From NCBI GenBank assembly GCA_025055295.1, contig JANWWW010000034.1:1-16844 (forward strand): DNA of 16,844 nt. The letters are read 5' to 3'. The position numbers were made by a program, and so were the translations under genes. The DNA is from Deltaproteobacteria bacterium. Lineage in GTDB: Bacteria; Bdellovibrionota_C; UBA2361; JANWWW01. Shown here in pieces: positions 7,668 to 15,099 of this stretch (positions within the stretch are counted from its first letter, which is position 1; each line of letters starts with the position of its first letter). Under the pieces are notes generated by a model, which was given only the letters and a program-made list of their open reading frames with translations, made no database searches and was not told where the DNA came from.

Positions 7668-9035
7668 ATGCAAACGATGAAATTGACAATTACTAAAAAT
7701 GGTCAAAGACTGAAAGCGCTCGGTGAGGATTTAACATCGTTTCAAGACAACTCTTGCGAAGTCATTTCTCTTGATGACGCTGTGACAGCAAAGAATGGCC
7801 TCTTTAACTTTTTCAAAGAGGCTTATAGGGTTTTAAACCCAGGAGGAATACTTCGAATTCGGTCTGATAATTTAAAAAAAAATCTGTCGTTTAAATGTGA
7901 AAAGCTCGATCCATATGAACAATTTATTGAATTAAAGAATGACTGGCTGGATGGTCAAATTTCTGAAAGTTTCCTTTTGAGAGTCCTAAACTTGACGGGT
8001 TTTTTAATTGTTAGAAGAGGTGATAACCACCATCTTGAGGCAGTCAAAGAAAGTCAAGAGCTTAAAGCTCAGCTTCCGCTAGTCACTATTGCAATACCCG
8101 CTTATAAGAGTGAATTCTATGAATTTTCCTTGATCACAGCAATGGGTCAATCCTATTTAAATTTTGAAGTTTTGATAGCCGACGAAGGAGTTGACGGCAA
8201 AATAGAAAGCATCACGTCAAACTATCTTAGAAGATTTCCGCACATCAGGGTACGTTATATAAAGCACTCGAAGCCGTTAGGGGAGGTCGGAAATTTTGAG
8301 TTTTGCCGAGCGAACGCTAAAGGAGTCTACCTAAAATATCTAGATGACGACGACGTTTTGGATCCTGACTGTGTTTTAAGGTTTGTCAGAGCCTTCGAAG
8401 CCTTTAAAGATAGTGTGACGCTAGTTTCAGCAAGACGTGATCCAATTGACTCTTTCAACAATCCAGTTGAGCATTCCACAATGTCCTACTACCCGCTTTT
8501 TCAAAACCTGACTTACGCCCATGGTAAAGAAATCATAGAGCTATCTTTGAATCAGGTTGCCAACAGAATTGGAGAACCAACAGTGTTCATGTTCCGTCGT
8601 GATGACACGGATACTCATTTAACTAAATTCCACGACTCAGAGTATCCTTGCAGCCTAGATCTGGTTTTGGCGTTTAAATTATTAATTAAGGGCAATTTTA
8701 TTTATATTCCAGAGACCTTATCATTCTACCGGGTTCACGTAAATCAGTCTTCAAAAGAAGAAAAAAACTTTTTTCATGGACACAATGTTTGGGCAAACAT
8801 GATACTGGGCTTTACGAAGCGTTACTCTCTATTCAGTGACAAATCGGAGTATGTAATGGGCCTTCACCGAGTGATAAACCTGCTTGAAAGTTATTTAAAA
8901 AAGAGACCTGAAACGAAATATGGACAAACATTAAATGAAAGCTTCGCTAAGTTGATAAAAGAACTTGAAAACCACAAAGGATTTGAACCAAAAGAAAAAG
9001 TTCTTAAAGATTTTTTCTATTTAGAGTTTAACTAA
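7668..9035 (+). CDS. Family-2 glycosyltransferase with N-terminal partial SAM-methyltransferase-like domain (paralog A)
   Basis: 455 aa. The N-terminal ~130 aa carry the post-motif-II/III signature of class I methyltransferases (CEVISLDDAV...AYRVLNPGGILRIR) but no GxGxG motif I. Residues ~140-300 are a GT-A/GT2 domain (VTIAIPAYKSEF..., NFEVLIADEGVDG, a DDDD (DxD) motif, and a EP triad in NRIGEPTVFMF). Clear paralog of 13630-15012. Confidence 0.75.
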   Translation: MQTMKLTITKNGQRLKALGEDLTSFQDNSCEVISLDDAVTAKNGLFNFFKEAYRVLNPGGILRIRSDNLKKNLSFKCEKLDPYEQFIELKNDWLDGQISESFLLRVLNLTGFLIVRRGDNHHLEAVKESQELKAQLPLVTIAIPAYKSEFYEFSLITAMGQSYLNFEVLIADEGVDGKIESITSNYLRRFPHIRVRYIKHSKPLGEVGNFEFCRANAKGVYLKYLDDDDVLDPDCVLRFVRAFEAFKDSVTLVSARRDPIDSFNNPVEHSTMSYYPLFQNLTYAHGKEIIELSLNQVANRIGEPTVFMFRRDDTDTHLTKFHDSEYPCSLDLVLAFKLLIKGNFIYIPETLSFYRVHVNQSSKEEKNFFHGHNVWANMILGFTKRYSLFSDKSEYVMGLHRVINLLESYLKKRPETKYGQTLNESFAKLIKELENHKGFEPKEKVLKDFFYLEFN

Positions 9036-9953
9036 CTTCGCCAAACCTATTCCGGTTTTACCAAATCCATCGCCGTTATAAACACAGTAAATATTATCTT
9101 TTAACTTGAAACACCAAGGATATTCGCTCATCTTGGAGTCGAAACCAGACCCTTCAGGTTCTAACCCTTTTACTACCCAAGGTTGAGACCATGTTTTAAA
9201 ATCTCTTGTCTTTGTGCAATATATTCGATAGGCATTATCGGTTTCATCCCTGAAAGCAAAAACTTTACGGCCAGAAATAAAGACATAGTATTCATCGCCT
9301 AACGGGAGTATCGACGACGGCGAACACGCATATTCATCGGGAAAGAATTCCAGCCGTTTTTTCTCGCCACCCCAAAAGAATGGATTGTCCGACTTCGTGA
9401 GCCCCACAGTGTAAGAAATTTCATATTCTTGATCTTTCTGCACCCATCCTTCACTTGACAAATAAAGCATTACGAACTGATCAGTTTGATGAACTACTGG
9501 TCTGGAAACACAAAAAGTATCAACATGGTTTGCGTTCAAAATAGGTCCCTCTGAGTATCTTTTCCAAGACATCCCCCCGTCTTCACTCACCGCAAGACCA
9601 ATAGCTAGCTGATAAGGGACAGAAACTTTTCTTGTCCAACCTATATAATACATTAGTAATTTGTCTTCATCTTTCAACCAAGAAGAAAACATGACTCCTG
9701 AGTCATCAAACTGTCCCTTTCTTCCTATCTCTAAAAGTGGCTCGTCATTTTCATAAGTCACCTTGAATTCATCGTTAATAATGGTGGCCTCGAAGAAAAA
9801 GGGTCTGCTTACGTTGTTTTCATCTCGACTGGCAAAATATACCCGGATGGTGTCGTCGCTCAGCGGTAGAACAACAGGCAACTGAGCGTGAGACAATTTC
9901 AGCCTATTCGATCCGGTGACATTAAAAACACATCCCAATTTTTTCCAAAGCAT
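9021..9953 (-). CDS. Five-bladed beta-propeller glycosidase/phosphorylase-like protein (GH130/GH43-clan-like, tentative)
   Basis: 310 aa, starting MLWKKLGCVFNV...LPVVLPLSDDTIRVYFASRD. It contains FDDSGVMFSS, LLMYYIGW, AIGLAVSEDGGMSWKRYSEGPIL, FVMLY, YYVFISG and YCVYNG. This is the repeating blade pattern of GH130 (DUF377), GH43 and GH32-type propellers. No signal peptide, so presumably cytoplasmic. Its 3' end overlaps the convergent GT2 gene by 15 nt. Confidence 0.5.
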   Translation of the reverse strand: MLWKKLGCVFNVTGSNRLKLSHAQLPVVLPLSDDTIRVYFASRDENNVSRPFFFEATIINDEFKVTYENDEPLLEIGRKGQFDDSGVMFSSWLKDEDKLLMYYIGWTRKVSVPYQLAIGLAVSEDGGMSWKRYSEGPILNANHVDTFCVSRPVVHQTDQFVMLYLSSEGWVQKDQEYEISYTVGLTKSDNPFFWGGEKKRLEFFPDEYACSPSSILPLGDEYYVFISGRKVFAFRDETDNAYRIYCTKTRDFKTWSQPWVVKGLEPEGSGFDSKMSEYPWCFKLKDNIYCVYNGDGFGKTGIGLAKLVKL

Positions 9954-9995
9954 CTAAAATTAGAGAAAATATATCAGTTTTAAGATTTAGTTGGT

Positions 9996-10649
9996 ATGGC
10001 AAATGTCATAGTATTTGGTTTGAGAGATATTGCAGAGTTGGCTTGGTTCTATATAACACGGCAGTCGAACGATAAAGTCGTCGCGTTTACCGTGCATTCA
10101 AGCTATAAAACTTGTTCGGAATTTTGTGGTTTGCCGGTCGTTGAATTTGAGAACCTTGAAGAGAATTTCAACGCAGAGGAATTTTTGCTTTTTGCTCCTC
10201 TGTCACCTCGAAACATGAATCGTGACAGGGAAAAGGTTTACCTTGAGGGTAAAAAAAAAGGCTATAGGTTCTACACTTTCATAAGCCCTCATGCAACGGT
10301 TTTGACAAGCAGTATTGGTGAAAATTGTTTCATTTTCGAGGACAACACAATACAGCCATTTGTTGAAATTGGAAACAATTGTATATTCTGGAGTGGGAAC
10401 CATATCGGGCATCATTCGAAAATTGAGGATCATGTTTTTTTCAGTTCCCACGTAGTTCTATCAGGTCATTGTCATGTTTGCCCGTATTGTTACTTTGGAG
10501 TAAATTCCACAATACGAAATCACTTGACTATTGCTGAGGGAACGTGCGTTGCAATGGCAGCTTGCATTACTAAGAACACGGAACCTTGGACTATCTACAT
10601 CGGGGTGCCGGCAAAGCCGTCAGGATCCAGTTTGGAGGCAAATATCTAA
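9996..10649 (+). CDS. NeuD/PglD-family sugar N/O-acyltransferase (left-handed beta-helix)
   Basis: 217 aa. It has an N-terminal Rossmann-like segment (VIVFGLRDIAELAWFY...KVVAF) followed by hexapeptide repeats (IGENCFIFEDNTIQPFVEIGNNCIFWSGNHIGHHSKIEDHVFFSSHVVLSGHCHV...GVNSTIRNHLTIAEGTCV). The GHHxxIxD core is typical of the PglD/NeuD/WeeI family. Confidence 0.7.
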   Translation: MANVIVFGLRDIAELAWFYITRQSNDKVVAFTVHSSYKTCSEFCGLPVVEFENLEENFNAEEFLLFAPLSPRNMNRDREKVYLEGKKKGYRFYTFISPHATVLTSSIGENCFIFEDNTIQPFVEIGNNCIFWSGNHIGHHSKIEDHVFFSSHVVLSGHCHVCPYCYFGVNSTIRNHLTIAEGTCVAMAACITKNTEPWTIYIGVPAKPSGSSLEANI

Positions 10650-10651
10650 AA

Positions 10652-11545
10652 TTGGCGTATCGGACTAAAGAATACGCTGAATGTTTCAATGAATGGGGAT
10701 CGAGCGTTTATTTACCCTGTTCCAAAGCATATGTTCTGTCTTTAGGCAATCCTTACACGGATTTTCAGGATTTAAGTTATTGTTATCCTTTCATAATGGT
10801 TGATGATACAGGGCGGCTTAGCCAAGACCTTGAGGAGTTCCGGAGTAAATTTCAGTGCTTTTTTGGAGTCCTGAACCCATGGGTACAAAGCTGTGAAGGA
10901 CTGGACAAGTTTGACGTTGTTCTTGAATACAAAGATCACTTTTTTTGCGACCTTGGAATAAACGATATATGGAGAATTCTAAGCGACAACCACAAAAGAC
11001 TTATCAAAAAAGCCCTGAAATTAGCAAAAATTGCCAGAATATCTAACTCGGGTGATATTGAAAAAATCTGGTTGGAACTCTACAACCATTTAATAGCCAA
11101 ACGACAAATAAGTGGCATCTCTAGATTCACTCCCCAAATTTTGAAAAATTTTATTCGCTTGCCTCAGTCGGCTATATATGCCGCAACAATTGAAAACCAG
11201 ATTTGTGGAATAACAATTTTTTGTTTTGATGAGAGAATTGTTTACTATCACCTTGCAGCTTACAGTGATATCGGATATGACCATTCCGTATCGTACGGCA
11301 TTTTTTGGCAGGCAATCCAGGATTTCAAAAAAGATGGTTTTAAGGTACTTCATTTAGGTGGGGTGCCAGGAGTTTACGCTTCCTCATCCGGCCTTTACAA
11401 ATTTAAAAAAGGATTTAGTTCTGGTTTAAAAAAAACCCACTTTATTGGAAAGATTTTAAACAGAGATCAATTCAACGAAACACTGAAAAAAAGCGGAACT
11501 GTAGGAGTTTTTGATTTTTTCCCTCCTTACCGAAAATCATTGTAG
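10652..11545 (+). CDS. FemAB-like / BioF2-like (Acetyltransf_6) GNAT-fold transferase; start uncertain
   Basis: The C-terminal region has a FemABX/CelD-type signature (YYHLAAYSDIGYDHSVSYGIFWQAIQDFKKDGFKVLHLGGV...SSGLYKFKKGFSS). The ORF track starts at TTG 10586, overlapping the upstream gene by 64 nt. TTG at 10652, right after the upstream TAA and 14 nt after a GGAGG, or ATG at 10796, are alternatives. Confidence 0.55.
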   Translation: MAYRTKEYAECFNEWGSSVYLPCSKAYVLSLGNPYTDFQDLSYCYPFIMVDDTGRLSQDLEEFRSKFQCFFGVLNPWVQSCEGLDKFDVVLEYKDHFFCDLGINDIWRILSDNHKRLIKKALKLAKIARISNSGDIEKIWLELYNHLIAKRQISGISRFTPQILKNFIRLPQSAIYAATIENQICGITIFCFDERIVYYHLAAYSDIGYDHSVSYGIFWQAIQDFKKDGFKVLHLGGVPGVYASSSGLYKFKKGFSSGLKKTHFIGKILNRDQFNETLKKSGTVGVFDFFPPYRKSL

Positions 11546-11560
11546 TTTAAAATTACCTCG

Positions 11561-12271
11561 ATGAATTTATTTATTATCCCCTTAATAGGTGTGATTGTCT
11601 CTGGGGTGTTTATATTTGTTTTGTTTCAAATTTTTTTAAAAAGACTAAGAATGGTTCATGAAACAATTCTTGGCTCACCTCTAACTCAAATAGGAGAAAA
11701 CAGCAGGGGTTACAAGAAAATAAAGTGTCGAGTTTTTTCCAATAATTCAATCAATTCGCCATACTCAGGACAAGATTGCGTGTTTTGGGAATTGGCTTTT
11801 TTTGAGTCCAGAGAAACTTTAGAAGCCATTGTTAGATTTAACTCAAACTCGTCATTTGAGGTTGTATGTGGCTTGAAAACATTGAACGTCAATCCGTTAG
11901 CGTCGGCGGACTTTGGCAGTCCGTCCTTCGAAAAAGAGTTTCTAATTAGTGAGATTTCAGCCGAGTTAAAAAAACTTGGCAAGAGCCATCTAAAACGTTA
12001 TTTTCAAGCGCAACAAAACGTTGTCCTCAGAGAGTATACAATCAAACAAAATGAGGAACTGGATTTATGTGGAAACTTGGTTAGCAGATCCAGTGGATCA
12101 ATAGATTGCAAAAGCGAGCCTTTTATGCCGGTAATATTTAATCCAACTGTTGAAGCGGCAAAACAATATTTAAAAAAAAGCAAAGCTTTGTCTCTTCGTG
12201 GATGGATTATATTAATCTTTGATCTTATGGTTGCTGCGGTTATCGTACAGATCCTAATGTTTTCGGGGTGA
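11561..12271 (+). CDS. Two-TM membrane protein, possibly GIDE-domain-like; function unknown
   Basis: 236 aa with an N-terminal TM (IIPLIGVIVSGVFIFVLFQIF) and a C-terminal TM (GWIILIFDLMVAAVIVQILMF). The central soluble domain carries GSPLTQ...SPYSGQDCVFWE, which I recall resembling the GIDE (MUL1-type) domain core; this is a memory-based, tentative match. Its TGA overlaps the next gene's GTG (GTGA). Confidence 0.45.
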   Translation: MNLFIIPLIGVIVSGVFIFVLFQIFLKRLRMVHETILGSPLTQIGENSRGYKKIKCRVFSNNSINSPYSGQDCVFWELAFFESRETLEAIVRFNSNSSFEVVCGLKTLNVNPLASADFGSPSFEKEFLISEISAELKKLGKSHLKRYFQAQQNVVLREYTIKQNEELDLCGNLVSRSSGSIDCKSEPFMPVIFNPTVEAAKQYLKKSKALSLRGWIILIFDLMVAAVIVQILMFSG

Positions 12272-13647
12272 AAACATTTCTCCTGGTTATAGTCATATCT
12301 TTGATTTCCCGGTGCACGTTCTTGAGCAAGTATCCACCTGGAATTCATGGTGACGAAGGACTTACTGGACTTAGAGCGCTTTATATTTGGAATTATGGAT
12401 TTATCGGATTTTTTGACAACCAGCATGCTTATGGACAGTGGGCACTTGCAGAATACCTAACCGTGCCTTTTGTGCTGTTAATTGATGATGATTTTTATTC
12501 TATCAGGCTCCCTATGGCCATATGCGGCAGCATTTCCTTGATACTATTTTATTTGTTTGTAAAAGAACTTACTCGGTCGCCCATCATCGCTTTTCTAGGC
12601 TTTCTGTACCAGGCAGTCTTTTTTAATCATTTTCATTTATCCAGAATTGCTATAACGCCTATTCTAAGCGAATGTTTTATGATTGGCGGTTTGTATTCGT
12701 ATTTTAAGGGTGCCTATGGTGTCTCTGGAGTTCTTTTTGGTTTAGCGAGCATATCATACGCTACTGGGTTACTACTACCCTTGTGTCTTTTTGCCAGCCT
12801 GTGGCTTTTCAGAAAAAACTTGCCACCCAAGGCCGTAACGACTTGGCTCATTATAACTTTAACCATTCACATCTATGAAATCTGGTCAGGCAGACTTTCA
12901 GGGCGGGCAAGCTCGGTTTTTTACATTGACGACTTAGATACAAAACTAGAAATAGTAACTCGTCACTTATCAAGTTTATTTTTGTCTGGCTATTTTGACT
13001 CAAGTGATGGCTTAGGGCTAAAGCCGATATATTCCGTAGGAGAATTTGTTTTGTTGTTATTTGCATTAATGGCTGTTACAAAAGATAAAAAGCTCATTCC
13101 AATATTTTTTGCTACAAGTGCTGGTGTTTTAATCTTAGTTTGTTACACAACTCTGTCCACTGAATTTGGTTTTCAAAGAAGAATTTTGCCCGCATTAACA
13201 TTAATTAACATCACTATTTTTTATGGACTTTCCTGCTGGAACTATAAAATCTTACGGTTACTTCTTTTGACGATTGCGGGTTTTTGCTTGATCGTAGGCG
13301 TAAATAAGCTGAAAAATAACATAAACTCGGAGCCAATCGCATGGGTCTTCACAAAAGAGTTGACACAAATTCGTAATTGGGTGAAAAGATATCAAGATGC
13401 TTTTCAAACCTTAGGTTTTCAATCTGGCAGATGGTCGATACATTATGAGACAAACAGGTGGTTTTACCGTAAATTCAGCCACTCAAAAGAGTTTCACGAT
13501 ATAAAAAAGGTGGTCGCTAAAGAATTTGATATAAGCGTTTTTGATGATCGCTCGCTAAGGAAATTTTTCCGAAGAGACCATTACAAATGTTCAAAACTAA
13601 ACAAGCATTTTTATTTTTGCATGAAGAAGTCAATCGGAATAGATTAG
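12268..13647 (+). CDS. GT-C fold polytopic membrane glycosyltransferase (ArnT/PMT GT83/GT39-like, tentative)
   Basis: 459 aa with roughly 10-12 predicted TM helices. The first extracytoplasmic loop right after TM1 has YPPGIHGDEGLTGLRALYIWNYG, matching the acidic DE/DExxR loop of ArnT (QPDETRYAEI) and PMT-type GT-C enzymes. Soluble C-terminal tail. The GTG start is coupled to the upstream gene. Confidence 0.5.
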   Translation: MKTFLLVIVISLISRCTFLSKYPPGIHGDEGLTGLRALYIWNYGFIGFFDNQHAYGQWALAEYLTVPFVLLIDDDFYSIRLPMAICGSISLILFYLFVKELTRSPIIAFLGFLYQAVFFNHFHLSRIAITPILSECFMIGGLYSYFKGAYGVSGVLFGLASISYATGLLLPLCLFASLWLFRKNLPPKAVTTWLIITLTIHIYEIWSGRLSGRASSVFYIDDLDTKLEIVTRHLSSLFLSGYFDSSDGLGLKPIYSVGEFVLLLFALMAVTKDKKLIPIFFATSAGVLILVCYTTLSTEFGFQRRILPALTLINITIFYGLSCWNYKILRLLLLTIAGFCLIVGVNKLKNNINSEPIAWVFTKELTQIRNWVKRYQDAFQTLGFQSGRWSIHYETNRWFYRKFSHSKEFHDIKKVVAKEFDISVFDDRSLRKFFRRDHYKCSKLNKHFYFCMKKSIGID

Positions 13648-15012
13648 CTGGTATTTTAGTTCTGGAACTGTGGGTGGTTCAGGTATGAGTTTTATTTCAT
13701 TGCATAACCAACTGATTGCTTTTTCTATTTTTTCTACTTCTTGCTGATTTAATCTGGCCGCCCTCTGAACCAAAAAATTATAAAGAAGCTGCGTCACATT
13801 TATCAAAGCTGATTTGTAATTAGAAGGATCTTTTAAAAATCCGAGAGCTTTGGCAAGTTTAATCATCCCAAACCAAACATAATGGATATTAAACTGAGCT
13901 TCTTCAGACCATGTCTCCTGCTGACCATGTTGTCTTAGATGTACCAATCTCTTTGGAATGTACACGCAATGTCCTTGGCAAAGTAGTCTCATAAACAATA
14001 CGAAATCGAGACTCGCCTGAACCCCTACCTCATAAACCTGAAACGGATTTTCCAATGTTACTGACTTTTTGGGGAACAAAGCCGCCATTGGTTCACCCAG
14101 ATTGTTCATTGAAGAAGCAAGGATTTTATCAACAATACTGATACCGTCTAATACAGCATTTTGTTGAAGGATTGGATAGCTCGTCGGAACATCATGAATT
14201 CTTTGACCATTGACGTTGATTAGATCCCTTCCGCAAACTGCAAGAACGGCTACATCACTTAATGCCTCCAAATGACAAACTAATGTATGTGTCAGATCCG
14301 GCTCATAGAGGTCATCATCGTAGATATATTTGATGTAATCGCCTGTTGCAAGCTTTAGCACCTGACAAGCATTTTTCATCCCTCCCAATCGGGGTCGATT
14401 TCTAAAATATCTTATGAAAGGGCTTTCTTTAATGTAAGAACTTACGATCCGTTCAATCTCTCCCGATTCGTCATCGTCAGAGATGACCACCTCAAAGTTT
14501 GGATAGGTTTGTCTCAAAACGCTATCTAATGCTTCAGCAAAGAACTCAGGCTTGTATGCTATTAAACAGTAGGAAACTTTGGGTAGCATATGGTAATCTG
14601 TTCCGCTTTCTTTTTTTACCACAAGTGTTGTGGTAACGTGCTCATAACTAACTGGAATGAAAGGACCCGTGGGGACACATTCTGGTTCCAAAAGAAACCC
14701 GGACAGTTTTAAAGCCCTCTTTACGTCGTCTACCAGATACTGTTTTACGATCCTGGCTCCAAATAATTCGTATAAAATGGCCTCTTTACATGAAAAAATT
14801 GAATTTGAAAACAAGGAACCTGACCTGTCCTGCACCTTGCTAGCATCCAAAAACCTGCAAAACAGCTTTCCACCGGGAGGGAGCGAATGATACACAGACC
14901 TCATTAGTTTAATCAGTTCAGGCCAACACTGGTTGTTCAAAACAAGGTCTAAAACGTGTTGATTAGACCCGCTTTTTGTTGTAGTCTCTAGCTCACGGTC
15001 TATACAATGCAT
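13630..15012 (-). CDS. Family-2 glycosyltransferase with N-terminal partial SAM-methyltransferase-like domain (paralog B)
   Basis: 460 aa. N-terminal ...VYHSLPPGGKLFCRF (methyltransferase post-motif region, no motif I), then GT2 elements: YCLIAYKPEFFAEALDSVLRQTYPNFEVVISDDDESG, IYDDDLYEPD and NNLGEPMAALF. It is collinear with 7668-9035 throughout, at roughly 35-40% identity by eye. Its 3' end overlaps the convergent GT-C gene by 18 nt. Confidence 0.75.
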   Translation of the reverse strand: MHCIDRELETTTKSGSNQHVLDLVLNNQCWPELIKLMRSVYHSLPPGGKLFCRFLDASKVQDRSGSLFSNSIFSCKEAILYELFGARIVKQYLVDDVKRALKLSGFLLEPECVPTGPFIPVSYEHVTTTLVVKKESGTDYHMLPKVSYCLIAYKPEFFAEALDSVLRQTYPNFEVVISDDDESGEIERIVSSYIKESPFIRYFRNRPRLGGMKNACQVLKLATGDYIKYIYDDDLYEPDLTHTLVCHLEALSDVAVLAVCGRDLINVNGQRIHDVPTSYPILQQNAVLDGISIVDKILASSMNNLGEPMAALFPKKSVTLENPFQVYEVGVQASLDFVLFMRLLCQGHCVYIPKRLVHLRQHGQQETWSEEAQFNIHYVWFGMIKLAKALGFLKDPSNYKSALINVTQLLYNFLVQRAARLNQQEVEKIEKAISWLCNEIKLIPEPPTVPELKYQLIYSD

Positions 15013-15099
15013 TAAATTTTTTGATTCCAGAGGAAAAACAAAGTTGCCAATAATAAGCTATTGAATAAAACTAATTGTGAGGTTATCTTTTAAATTGTC

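Noticed and set aside
5160-7689. Antisense or shadow ORFs 5160-5390 (-), 6125-6325 (-), 6710-6901 (-), 7384-7689 (-)
   Set aside because: They are antisense to secD, secF and ORF-194. Ser/Thr/Asn-rich translations are typical of antisense frames in AT-rich coding DNA.
10203-12426. ORFs 10203-10451 (-), 11090-11353 (-), 11710-11982 (-), 12004-12426 (-)
   Set aside because: They are antisense to the NeuD-like, FemAB-like, GIDE-like and GT-C genes respectively. No motifs; likely spurious.
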